Positions 36,681 to 47,100 of a stretch of 64,000 bases of DNA are shown here, in pieces. The notes beneath the pieces were generated by a model. That model was not told where the DNA came from. It worked only from the letters and a program-made list of their open reading frames with translations, and ran no database searches. Numbering within the stretch: position 1 is the first letter of the stretch; every line of letters starts with the position of its first letter. Both the position numbers and the translations under genes were made by a program. This stretch comes from Methanobacteriota archaeon (lineage in GTDB: Archaea; Thermoplasmatota; Poseidoniia; Poseidoniales; Thalassarchaeaceae). The stretch lies in the NCBI GenBank assembly GCA_018650285.1, contig JABIGF010000014.1, positions 683 to 64,682 on the forward strand. Direction: 5' to 3'.

Positions 36681-37739
36681 ATGGGCGGAAGTAAAACCTA
36701 TGCTGATTATCTAGACTTACACACACTGTTAAGCCTACAGGGCGATGATTCTAAACTCTCTAATGATGAACAACATTTCATTATCGTTCACCAAAATTTC
36801 GAACTTTGGTTCCGCCTTGTACTGATTGAGTTGCGCGCTGCTAGAACCCTACTCCTCCAACCAACTCTTCCTGAAGAAGATGTACCGCGTATTGTTCACC
36901 ACCTCAAGCGATGCACCGAAATTTTCCGCTTAATGACAAGCCAATGGAAAGTTATGGAGACTATGACTCCTCAAGATTTCTTAGCATTCCGAGATGGACT
37001 AGGCACTGCTTCTGGTTTTGAATCATACCAGATGCGAGAATTAGAACTACTACTCGGTCTAAAACAAAGCCAACGTGTTGGCGAAATGGACCCTCTTGGC
37101 CACTTCCGCAAATTGGCCGAACGTGGTGGCCCTGATGCTGAAGTTTTGAAGAAATTAGAAGCGGAATCAGCAATTCCAGCCTTAGGCGAAATTCTTGCCA
37201 CATGGTTATCACGAACACCAATTCAAGGTTCTGTTGCCGGCTCAGATAACGACGATGACATGGTAAAACAATTTGTCAATGAATATCTAGCAGCCCACAA
37301 AAAAGTGGGTGATGACACTGTTGCTAGAATGACAGGACATGGAGTCAATAACATGGTTGCTGTTGAAGAAAGATTCGCTTTTGCCCACCAAGCCGCAATA
37401 GATTTCCTAATGCCTGATGGTGAAATTTCACGCCCTCGTGCCGGTCTATTGTTCATCGAATCATACCGCAACCTACCTCTCTTGACTTGGCCAAGAATAT
37501 TAATTGATACACTCGTTGAACTTGAGGAATCATTAGTTCTCTTCCGCACCCATCACGTACGCATGGTTGAGAGGATGATTGGACGCCGAGTTGGCTCAGG
37601 AGGCTCTTCAGGAGTTGACTATCTTGAAGCGACACTCAAATACCGAGTCTTTGGTGACCTTTGGGCAGTTCGAACAATGCTCATCAAGCAAGAGAGGTTG
37701 CCTGAATTGAAGAACCCTGATTTCTACGGCTTTGCATAA
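36681..37739 (+). CDS. kynA: tryptophan 2,3-dioxygenase
   Basis: TDO signatures YADYLDLHTLLSLQ, FIIVHQNFELWFRLVLIEL, GTASGFESYQMRELELLLG and THHVRMVERMIGRRVGSGGSSGVDYL. Confidence 0.9.
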   Translation: MGGSKTYADYLDLHTLLSLQGDDSKLSNDEQHFIIVHQNFELWFRLVLIELRAARTLLLQPTLPEEDVPRIVHHLKRCTEIFRLMTSQWKVMETMTPQDFLAFRDGLGTASGFESYQMRELELLLGLKQSQRVGEMDPLGHFRKLAERGGPDAEVLKKLEAESAIPALGEILATWLSRTPIQGSVAGSDNDDDMVKQFVNEYLAAHKKVGDDTVARMTGHGVNNMVAVEERFAFAHQAAIDFLMPDGEISRPRAGLLFIESYRNLPLLTWPRILIDTLVELEESLVLFRTHHVRMVERMIGRRVGSGGSSGVDYLEATLKYRVFGDLWAVRTMLIKQERLPELKNPDFYGFA

Positions 37740-37819
37740 ACAAAAACAAATATTTGCACTCAATCATTCTGATTGGTTTGGGGTATTCTTCAAAGGGTGG
37801 ATGCCGGCACGGCTATTCA

Positions 37820-38998
37820 ATGGCAGAGCCGGTCATCTGTGCAGTTGCTCGCACACCAGTTGGGCGCTATCGTGGTAGTTTACGAAATCACGCTGCAACT
37901 GATCTTGGCGCATTAGCAGTCGCGGAACTGCTAGATAGAGCCGGAATAGATGCTACATCAGGTATCGTTGACGAAGTTATTTTCGGACAGGTGCTACAAA
38001 CAGGTGCTGGACAGGCTCCTGCTCGCCAAGTTGCAATTGGCGCTGGACTACCACATTCCACCCCCTGTACTACAATCAACAAAGTATGCGGCTCAAGTCT
38101 GAAAGCGGTGATGATAGCCGCATCAGCAATTCGAGCCGGCGAATACGAAGTAGTAGTTGCTGGAGGAATGGAATCAATGACTAACGCCCCATTTTTCGGC
38201 CAAAAGACCGGACGCAATGAGTATAGCGAGATGCAGAGTGTAATGATTCACGATGGATTGTGGGATGTTTACAATGACGAACACATGGGTAATACTGGGG
38301 AAAAGGTCGCAAATGATTTTGAGATTTCAAGAGAGGATGCCGACAATTTTTCTGTTCGCTCACACAAATTAGCAGACCAAGCATGGGAGGCTGGTTGGCT
38401 AGAGTGGGAGGCTTTTCCTATTGAAGGGGTTGACAAAGATGGTAAGTCACACATCATTGTACGCGACGAAGGAATTCGTGCATCCACAGACATTCAAGGA
38501 CTAAGTGAATTGAAACCAGTCTTTACTACTGATGGGCAAGTTACAGCAGGAAATGCGAGTCAATTATCAGACGGTGCTTCTGCCGTACTAGTCACTAGTC
38601 GCGAACGTGCATTGAGTGAAGGTTGGGAGATTCTTGCAACAATTGTTGACCAAACCACTTCTGGACTTGCACCAGAAGATGTCATGGCAGCTCCTCTTCC
38701 TGCTGCTAGAACATTGATGGAGAGAAACCACTTGACAATTGATGACATTGATATTGTTGAGCACAATGAAGCCTTCGCAGCAGCCTCATGCACAATTGCA
38801 AAAGAATTGCAAATCCCTGATGAAAAATTCAACCCTCATGGTGGTGCAATATCTATTGGACACCCACTTGGTTCTACTGGGACTCGTTGCCTCATGACGC
38901 TAATCAGCGCACTACGAAGAACTGGTGGCAGCAAAGGAATTGTCACTATTTGCCTTGGCGGGGGTAATGCCGTAGCCATGCTTGTTCAGGCAGAATAA
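37820..38998 (+). CDS. acetyl-CoA C-acetyltransferase (bacterial-type thiolase II)
   Basis: Active-site Cys motif NKVCGSSLKAV, NEAFAAA, GGAISIGHPLGSTGTR, and the C-terminal CLGGGNAVAMLV. The ATG at 37820 (MAEPVICAVARTPVGRY) is the expected N-terminus; the ORF track starts 66 nt upstream. Confidence 0.92.
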   Translation: MAEPVICAVARTPVGRYRGSLRNHAATDLGALAVAELLDRAGIDATSGIVDEVIFGQVLQTGAGQAPARQVAIGAGLPHSTPCTTINKVCGSSLKAVMIAASAIRAGEYEVVVAGGMESMTNAPFFGQKTGRNEYSEMQSVMIHDGLWDVYNDEHMGNTGEKVANDFEISREDADNFSVRSHKLADQAWEAGWLEWEAFPIEGVDKDGKSHIIVRDEGIRASTDIQGLSELKPVFTTDGQVTAGNASQLSDGASAVLVTSRERALSEGWEILATIVDQTTSGLAPEDVMAAPLPAARTLMERNHLTIDDIDIVEHNEAFAAASCTIAKELQIPDEKFNPHGGAISIGHPLGSTGTRCLMTLISALRRTGGSKGIVTICLGGGNAVAMLVQAE

Positions 38999-39087
38999 AT
39001 TCCATAATATCGTGAAGCATCCCATTGAATAAATCGGTAGGCAATGCTTCAATAATATGCAACCAAATAGGCCACAAAATATGATAC

Positions 39088-39351
39088 TCAATCTAGATGA
39101 GGGTCAACATCAATTGGGATGAGATGCTTCTCATATTCTAGAGTAGCAATCTTGAGTGGGTCAAGAACGAAACGAATGTTGGCTTCTTCAACGCCATAAA
39201 GTGAGACTAACTCCTCTCGGAAGTTAACTCGCAACTCTTCTTCGGTCGCATATAGTGGTGCGCCCATGCTGATTTGCAAAGCACGGGATCCAATGATTCT
39301 AGCCTTCTCAAAACGGGTGTGTGGTCTTCGTGGTTTTACCATTTCATTCAC
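39088..39351 (-). CDS. rpoK: DNA-directed RNA polymerase subunit K (Rpo6)
   Basis: Core motif TRFEKARIIGSRALQISMGAP, with a C-terminal ...DPLKIATLEYEKHLIPI. It contains a ~25-aa insertion relative to short archaeal RpoK proteins. The start is a GTG at 39351 or the ATG at 39342. Confidence 0.85.
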   Translation of the reverse strand: MNEMVKPRRPHTRFEKARIIGSRALQISMGAPLYATEEELRVNFREELVSLYGVEEANIRFVLDPLKIATLEYEKHLIPIDVDPHLD

Positions 39352-39419
39352 CTACAGACTATGTCTGTGTGTTGGGGGCGAGCGCCCCTCTCTCATAAGG
39401 CATTCGTAATTGCAAAAAT

Positions 39420-40397
39420 TTACTCTTCGCTATCGTTTTGTTCTGAATAGATTGTATTTACATTACTTGAGCGCCATAATATTGGAAGTGTATGACGCAT
39501 TGGAATAAGAGCAAGTATGACAATTATTGCTGTGAAAATTGCAATTGCTTGAGGTGAAAGTGTTCTACCTTGCACTGGATTGGTCCACGAATCCGGCAGA
39601 CCACTTGTCAATGGAATTTCAGAACCCGATTCAAGTTCCACTGCACCAGATATGCGAACAACCGCTGTTAATGTGAGGTTGTCTAACTCTGTTTGATTTA
39701 GAGAGAAGGTCGCCACATCATCTCCTGTCATGTTTGTCAATCCACCCCGCACAACTTGGTCAAGTGTTTGAATTGTGCCTGGCCAAAGTACCCCGTCTTG
39801 GCTGATTAAGAAATCAACTTGTACATCTATCATCGATGTCAAATTCCAGTTTATTGTAATGTTCTCTCCTGTCATCTGCCAAGAAAAGTCAAGGTTAGCA
39901 CCACCCGGTTTCGGGAGGTCATTTGCAGACAAATTTGTCAACAGTGATTGCAGGTCAGTCACCTGTTTATCCCCCAATAATAACCAATGCCCATCAACGA
40001 CTATTGTAGGGTATCCTCCAAGACGATAATCCTGATATAATTCGGCACTAGCATTTGTTACCAACTCATCAGGGCTATCAACTGATGAATGCAGAGATAG
40101 GGTCTCAACTGCCGTCCACCATCCTGTCAACTCATTGACTTCTTCTTCAGCAACGCGGCATGGACTGCACCATGTCGCAGTATAGAGTTCAACTAGATGA
40201 GGCGCTTGGGTAGCGCCACTCGAATTCCCAGTTCCATTTGAAATTGGCATCGTCATTACCATTACGACTTCACCAGCCGTAAAATTAGCCTCATGACTAT
40301 CAGCTAATGCAGGTGTAGCCAATGTGCCGACAGGAATTAGAGATGAGGCGCAGAGTAGAAGCGCGGCAAGCAAAATCACCACCCTATTGCTCGCCAT
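39420..40397 (-). CDS. secreted/anchored thioredoxin-fold protein (WCSPC active site)
   Basis: N-terminal signal VVILLAALLLCASSLIPV. Thioredoxin motif ELYTATWCSPCRVAEEE. C-terminal TM AIAIFTAIIVILALIP. It lies beside ctaA/ctaB. Confidence 0.7.
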   Translation of the reverse strand: MASNRVVILLAALLLCASSLIPVGTLATPALADSHEANFTAGEVVMVMTMPISNGTGNSSGATQAPHLVELYTATWCSPCRVAEEEVNELTGWWTAVETLSLHSSVDSPDELVTNASAELYQDYRLGGYPTIVVDGHWLLLGDKQVTDLQSLLTNLSANDLPKPGGANLDFSWQMTGENITINWNLTSMIDVQVDFLISQDGVLWPGTIQTLDQVVRGGLTNMTGDDVATFSLNQTELDNLTLTAVVRISGAVELESGSEIPLTSGLPDSWTNPVQGRTLSPQAIAIFTAIIVILALIPMRHTLPILWRSSNVNTIYSEQNDSEE

Positions 40398-40449
40398 CCG
40401 AATTGGTCGCGGCCGTTTGTTGATATAGCGGCTACCGTAGCGGACTCAC

Positions 40450-41484
40450 ATGCAAAAGTGGTTGCGCACCCACCATATTCCACTATTGTTAGCCCTAATG
40501 GCACTCTCAGTTATTGTCGCCGGCGGTTTTGTCAGAATCAACGATGCCGGCGAATCGTGCCCCGATTGGCCAACCTGTTTTGGCACATTTGGATTCGATG
40601 TTAGCGAAGCAGACCAAGCAGCATGGTACGAATCAACTGAAGATTACGATTCACGCGGAATGGATCATCGCTACTCATCATTTGAAATCTTTACAGAATG
40701 GTTTCACCGATTACTCGCCACTGGCTCAGGCGCAGTGGTCATTGCTGGCCTTTTCATGGTCCATAAAAAACGTGACAAACTCTCAGATGAAAACTGGAGA
40801 GCAGCAATAATCGCCCTTGTTGTGGTAATCGCTCAAGGAGCGCTAGGGGCAATCACAGTAATGTTTGACAATGATTCATGGTCAGTAGTACTCCACCTAA
40901 TTTTCGCACTTGCATATACTGGATGGCTGCTTTATTGGTGGTTGATTTGGCTACGTGATGTTGATGAATTACCGAGTTGGGCCATTCTATCACAAACACA
41001 CTCTAGCGAGGAAAAAAAGAATTTTGGAATCTTTACTTTGGGTTCCCTTCCCGTTCTACTCCTTGGAGTATGGATTGCTACTGGTGAAGGTGGCATATAC
41101 AATCAAGGGTGCTCTGTAGGATGGTGGCAAGGCTGGCCATTATGTCAAGGGGAGGTTATCCCCGATATTATGGCTAACATGGCTGTACTAGCAGCATGGG
41201 TTCACCGCGTTGCAGTATTGCTAGTAGCAATCTGGCTTGTCAAGGGTTATCTTGACTTGAAGAAAAGATTAGATGGCTCTGCAAAATATCTACAACTTAT
41301 TTTCGGGCTAGCAACCATTGGTTTCCTATTGAATATCGCCGTTGGTGCTCTCTACGTCATACTTGCTGGAAGTGGTGAATTCCCTGAATGGCTATCACTC
41401 GTTCACCTCTCTCTAGGAAGTGATGTAATTCTATTATTTGGGCTAGGATATACACTCTGTCATCTCAATGATAATGATGAGTGA
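40450..41484 (+). CDS. ctaA: heme A synthase (COX15/CtaA family)
   Basis: Polytopic membrane protein. It carries the family motif RINDAGESCPDWPTCFG and conserved His-containing helices (EWFHRLLA; VVLHLIFAL; AAWVHRVAVLL; LVHLSLG). Confidence 0.8.
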   Translation: MQKWLRTHHIPLLLALMALSVIVAGGFVRINDAGESCPDWPTCFGTFGFDVSEADQAAWYESTEDYDSRGMDHRYSSFEIFTEWFHRLLATGSGAVVIAGLFMVHKKRDKLSDENWRAAIIALVVVIAQGALGAITVMFDNDSWSVVLHLIFALAYTGWLLYWWLIWLRDVDELPSWAILSQTHSSEEKKNFGIFTLGSLPVLLLGVWIATGEGGIYNQGCSVGWWQGWPLCQGEVIPDIMANMAVLAAWVHRVAVLLVAIWLVKGYLDLKKRLDGSAKYLQLIFGLATIGFLLNIAVGALYVILAGSGEFPEWLSLVHLSLGSDVILLFGLGYTLCHLNDNDE

Positions 41485-41571
41485 ACTCTTCAAAAAAACC
41501 CTTGAAGTAATCATAGTGATTGATTCCAAGGTGCGATGGTTGATAGATGAGCGGCGTGCCGATGTGGATTA

Positions 41572-42702
41572 ATGGCCGAGGCGGCACCTGAGATAGATAG
41601 CAGCAGTATGCTTGGTGCTCTATTCGCATTGATGAAGCCTGTTGTCATTATTCTTCTACAAGTAACGGCGATATCAGCAGTATTGATTCACGACTTGATT
41701 GAATACCATCAAGGGGCAAGTTTTGACCTGATGGCTACTATCTGGACTAGTTTTGTTGTCTTTGTTGGTGGCTTCCTAACTGCTGGTGGAGCAAATTCAA
41801 TCAATATGTGGTATGATGCTGACATTGACCCACATATGGGCCGCACTGCTGAGCGTCCCGTCCCAGCTGGAAACGTAACGCCAAGAACTGCTCTATTATT
41901 CGGCATATTCCTCTCAATCATTGGCACCATCTGGCTCATTGAATTAGCAAACCCTGTCGCTGCATTTTGGGCCGCTTTTAGCATCGTTTTCTATGTCATT
42001 ATCTATACGATATGGCTGAAAAGAAGAACTAGTCAAAACATCGTCATTGGTGGAATTGCGGGGTCAACGCCTCCACTTGTTGGTTGGGCTGCAGCAAATG
42101 ATACTCTAACAATGGCAAGCCCGCTTGATTTTGGAGCAGTACTCGACCTTGGCGCTGCGCTGCCTTGGTTGATGTTCATGCTCATCTTCCTTTGGACACC
42201 ACCTCACTTCTGGGCTCTTGCACTATTCCGTGACAAAGAATATTCACAAGCAAAGGTTCCAATGCTACCAAATGTAAAGGGTGGCAAACACACTATTGCA
42301 GAAATGCGTGTCTATACTGCTCTCCTAATTGGCATCTCAGCGATGTTCATTGACCCAATAATGTGGGGCTTTCCACGCGCTGATGTATGGAGTACTGGAT
42401 GGGCAATATCCACTACCTACTTTGCTTGGGCATTATTGTTAGGGATTTGGTACAATCAATCTGTGCTCAATATTGATCTTCGAGAAACACGTGATGAGAA
42501 AGGGAAAATACCCTCAGCATTCAACTCATTCATGATTTCAATGAAATATCTAGCATTACTATTTGTGACTATGGTGATGTCTGTTGCAAACTTCTATGTA
42601 GGAATTATCATGCTTGCAATGGTCGCCCTTCGTGAAGTCTATATTCGTGTAAAAAAAGTTGAAGGAACGAACATGAATGCCGCTTCTTTGTCAACAGACT
42701 GA
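41572..42702 (+). CDS. ctaB: protoheme IX farnesyltransferase (heme O synthase)
   Basis: UbiA-family motifs NMWYDADIDPHMGRTAERPVPAG and WTPPHFWALAL. It has a ~90-aa C-terminal membrane extension. Confidence 0.9.
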   Translation: MAEAAPEIDSSSMLGALFALMKPVVIILLQVTAISAVLIHDLIEYHQGASFDLMATIWTSFVVFVGGFLTAGGANSINMWYDADIDPHMGRTAERPVPAGNVTPRTALLFGIFLSIIGTIWLIELANPVAAFWAAFSIVFYVIIYTIWLKRRTSQNIVIGGIAGSTPPLVGWAAANDTLTMASPLDFGAVLDLGAALPWLMFMLIFLWTPPHFWALALFRDKEYSQAKVPMLPNVKGGKHTIAEMRVYTALLIGISAMFIDPIMWGFPRADVWSTGWAISTTYFAWALLLGIWYNQSVLNIDLRETRDEKGKIPSAFNSFMISMKYLALLFVTMVMSVANFYVGIIMLAMVALREVYIRVKKVEGTNMNAASLSTD

Positions 42703-42778
42703 GTCGTTGAGTCTTTACACAAGGAGCACCTCTCAGCACCTGCGGGCGTAGCCGCCCAAACCACAATGGGGGATTCAA

Positions 42779-44032
42779 ATGAAGGAGAGTGACCTTGTCT
42801 ATGATTGGAATGTAGTGAACTATGATTTCAACCGTGATGCAACTAATCACCCTCACGGCGTTTGGTTTGATGATGAAACATTGCGTGACGGACTGCAAAG
42901 TCCTAGCGCACGTAATCCCACCATTGAGGAAAAAATTGAGTTACTCAACTACATGGAAAAACTTGGAATGCAAAAAGTGGATCTTGGTCTACCAGGCGCC
43001 GGTCCTTTCCATGTAGGTCACATTGATGCAATGCTATCTGAAATCAATGAAAATGGATTCCAAATCCGACCCGGATGTGCTGTCAGAACAGTTGTCGGTG
43101 ATATTGAACCGCTCGTTGATTTGCAAGCAAAACACGAAATGCAAATTCAAGCAAGTGCCTTCCTTGGCACTTCACCTATTCGCCAATATGCTGAAAATTG
43201 GACGATGGAACGAATACTTTCAACCGCTGAAAAAGCCGTAACTTTTGCTGTTGACAACGATATTCCAGTGATGTTTGTGACAGAAGATACTACCCGCTCA
43301 AAGCCTGATGAAATCAAACAAGTCTACACGCGAGCAATTGAATTGGGAGCCGATAGAATCTGTGTCTGCGATACCTGTGGTCACGTGACTCCAAACGGAG
43401 TAAAGCAACTATTGACTTTCATCCAAAATGAAGTGATTCCAGATGCTGGAGTGAAACGACGGGACATTGAGGTCAACTGGCATGGTCACCAAGACCGTGG
43501 TTTGGGTGTAGCCAACAATTTAGCCGCTGTTGAAGCAGGTGCCGATGTGATTCACGGTACTGCTCTAGGGGTTGGAGAACGGGCTGGTAATGCACCACTT
43601 GACCAAACCTTGGTCAATCTCAGTTTAATGGGTGTAATCAACAATGATTTGACTCTGCTCAATGAATACATGCGAAAAGCGCATGAATATGTTGAAGTCG
43701 CTTTACCACGTAATTATCCAGTATTTGGCGCTGATGCGTTTGAAACTGGAACTGGTGTTCACGCATCAGCCGTAATCAAGGCGATGAAAAAGGGCGACCA
43801 CTGGTTGGCTGACCGCGTATATTCTGGTGTACCAGCTGCTGATTTTGGACTTGAACAAGTAATTCGAATTGGCCATATGTCTGGGCGTTCAAATATCATT
43901 TATTGGTTAGAGAAAAACAATTACGAAGTTAGTGATGAACTAGTTGCTCATCTATTTGAAGTCGCAAAAAGTCAACGACGATTAATGGAAGACGGTGAGG
44001 TTCACACTGCTATTAAATCGTTTAACAACTAA
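42779..44032 (+). CDS. 2-isopropylmalate synthase / homocitrate synthase family enzyme (HMGL-like aldolase domain, no LeuA regulatory domain)
   Basis: DRE-TIM motifs FDDETLRDGLQSP and HGHQDRGLGVANNLAAVEAGADVIHGTALGVGERAGNAPLDQ. At 417 aa it is too short to include the allosteric domain. Substrate not assignable by eye. Confidence 0.8.
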   Translation: MKESDLVYDWNVVNYDFNRDATNHPHGVWFDDETLRDGLQSPSARNPTIEEKIELLNYMEKLGMQKVDLGLPGAGPFHVGHIDAMLSEINENGFQIRPGCAVRTVVGDIEPLVDLQAKHEMQIQASAFLGTSPIRQYAENWTMERILSTAEKAVTFAVDNDIPVMFVTEDTTRSKPDEIKQVYTRAIELGADRICVCDTCGHVTPNGVKQLLTFIQNEVIPDAGVKRRDIEVNWHGHQDRGLGVANNLAAVEAGADVIHGTALGVGERAGNAPLDQTLVNLSLMGVINNDLTLLNEYMRKAHEYVEVALPRNYPVFGADAFETGTGVHASAVIKAMKKGDHWLADRVYSGVPAADFGLEQVIRIGHMSGRSNIIYWLEKNNYEVSDELVAHLFEVAKSQRRLMEDGEVHTAIKSFNN

Positions 44033-44113
44033 CATTCAATTTGATAAATTGGTGAAGCATCTCTGTATCCCTGTGGGGGAAGTGCTAATTGGGACCTCGT
44101 GGCGCTTTGCACT

Positions 44114-47100
44114 ATGAGGAGAGCGTTGGTTGCCGTAATGATGGTTCTATCCATTCTCGCACCTCTAACTAATGCTGATGTGCTAGAAACAAGTAAGATT
44201 ACTGAAACTGAAATTTCTGATGATTCTATCGTCAGTAGTTTTTCTCCCGCGGTAAGGGCTGCTTTTGCCCGAGTCAGTGATATCTCTCAGTATTCTGATG
44301 AAGAATTAGCCTCAGTTGAACAATGGGTCGTGGTAAGTACAACACCATTTGGAGAAGCCGCACCAAATCTTCCTAACACTTGGATTGTTGATGTTGATGG
44401 TGAACAAGCGGTCGCAAAGTTTGCTAGTTTACAATCAGACGGAGTTATTGAAGTCGCATATCCATTGGTGAAGTGGGAGGCTTCAAAAAAATTAATTCCT
44501 AATGATACCAAGTTTTCTGACCAATGGCATCTGCAAAATACTGGGCAAACCAGTGGAACTACTGGTGAAGATGTCAATATCACAGCAGTTTGGGACAATT
44601 ATACTGGATTTGGCACTGTTATCGGAATCGTTGATGATGGATTAGATTGGAATCATCCTGACCTTGATGACTACTATGAAAGCACTCTAGACTACGATTA
44701 CTGTGGCAACGATGGCGACCCATCCCCATCAAATTGGGATGGTCATGGCACTTCTGCTGCTGGCGTAGCCGCTGCAGTAGGGAACAACAGCATTGGAGTC
44801 TCAGGCGCTGCTCCTGAAGCAGGGCTTGCAGGAATACAACTAATCTCTTGTGGCCTTTCAGATACCAAAGAAGCGAATGCCATTACACACCTTCAACAAT
44901 CTATTGATATCTACTCAAATTCATGGGGGCCAAGTGACAATGGACACACATTAGAAGCACCTGGGCCACTAATGCTAGCGGGATTTGAATCAGATGCTTA
45001 CCAAGGTCGTTCAGGCCTAGGCAACATCATCACTTGGGCTGCAGGAAATGGACTCAACAATGATGACAACTCAAATTACGATGGTTATGCCAACAGCCGC
45101 TTCACCATCGCCGTTTCAGCAACCACTCATTACGGCGATAACTCGTGGTATTCTGAGCCTGGCGCAAACATCCTAGTCGCCGCTCCATCAGATGGAGATG
45201 GAGAGGGAATTACTACAACTGACATTGAAGGTTCAGGTGGCTACAACAATGGAGATTACAATGACAACTTTGGTGGCACATCGTCAGCAACGCCTCTTGT
45301 TTCAGGAGTTATTGCCCTCATGTTGGAAGCAAATCCAAACATTACTTGGAGAGATGTACAACACATTCTTGTCAACTCTGCTAGAGTAAATGATGCCAGC
45401 GATTGGTCATGGGAAGTAAACGGTGCTGGCCATGACACCAGCCAAAAATATGGCTTTGGTGTGATTGATGCTGGGGCAGCAATCCACTTGGCAAACAACT
45501 GGACAAATGTTGCAGCAGAAGCAAATGACACCAGTGGTGTTCAAACTGCCAACTTAGCAATTCCTGATGGGCCAAGTTCACCTGTCACCGAAACGTTTCA
45601 AATGACAACGGACCTGCAACTAGAATCTGTTGATGTCATAGTTGATATTGATCACAACAACCGCGGCGATTTAGAAATCAAATTGATTTCACCATCAGGA
45701 ACAGAATCTGTTCTAGCAGCTCAACACAATGATAATGGTAACGACTACAATAATTGGCTTTTCTCATCAGTACAATTTTGGGATGAAAGTAGTGTAGGAA
45801 ATTGGACATTAAGTCTTGATGATAGAAGTAGTGGCACAACAGGAACACTATACGACTGGGAACTCATTATCCATGGAGTTGAAATTAACCGCGATAGTGA
45901 TTTAGACGGACTTCTAGATGATGACGAAACTGCAAATTACTCTACAGACCCATACGACAACGATACTGACGATGATTTCCTAGACGACGGTTTGGAAGTA
46001 CTCAACTACTCTACAGACCCACTTAACCCAGACAGCGATGGTGATGGCTTGCTCGATGGTGTAGAAGTTTTCGTCAACGGAACTGACCCGCTAAACAGTG
46101 ATACTGATGGGGATGGAATGTCTGACGGTTTTGAAGTCAATACTGCCTTTTCAAATCCACTTGTCTATGACAATGACACCGATTCTGATGGATGGTATTG
46201 GTTCAATGATTGTAACGATAGTGACCCATTAATTCGGCCCGATATCAATGAATCATTGAACGGAATTGATGATGATTGTGACCTCTATATTGATGAGGGT
46301 TTCAACGCCACCGATAGCGATGTTGACCAACTCGTAGATTGGCAAGAATATCACATTTACGGCACAAATCGAACCCTTTGGGATACTGATGGAGACGGAC
46401 TTTCAGATGGAGATGAGGTGTTAAATCACGGTAGCAATCCACTAATTTTTGATAATGATTCGGACTTAGATGGATGGTATTGGTTTGATGATTGTGATGA
46501 TGAAAATTTCTCAATGAATCCTGGACAAGTTGAGTTACTTGATGGGCTTGACAACGATTGTGACGATGCAATTGACGAGGATTTCTATGGACAAGATAGT
46601 GATGGAGACGGACTATTTGACTTGGACGAATACAACCTGATAGGAACAGATCCATTTCACAATGATACCGACCGTGATGGCATTACTGATGGAGATGAGT
46701 TACTTATCACCCATACCGACCCTCTCTCCCCAGACTTAGATGAAGATGGTGATGGATTCCGCTGGTTCGATGACTGCGATGACAACAACTCTGCGCGCTC
46801 GCCTGACGTCAATGAAACTTGGAATTGGATTGATGATGACTGTGATGGGGAAATAGACAACGATGTCAACCGCTCCGCACATCTAGTATTGTACCCTAAA
46901 GGCAATGCGCAAGTCCTTGGCATCAATCCAACAAGTGGTGAAATCTCTCTCAATACCAACAATTCGGCATTTAGTTTAGATATTGAAAATTACAATGTTA
47001 ATTGGGAAATTTATGACTTAATTTCAAACGGTACAATCACTTGGACAATTACAGACAATGATGGCGCAACCACCCAATTAGATGGAGTTGAAACATACGC

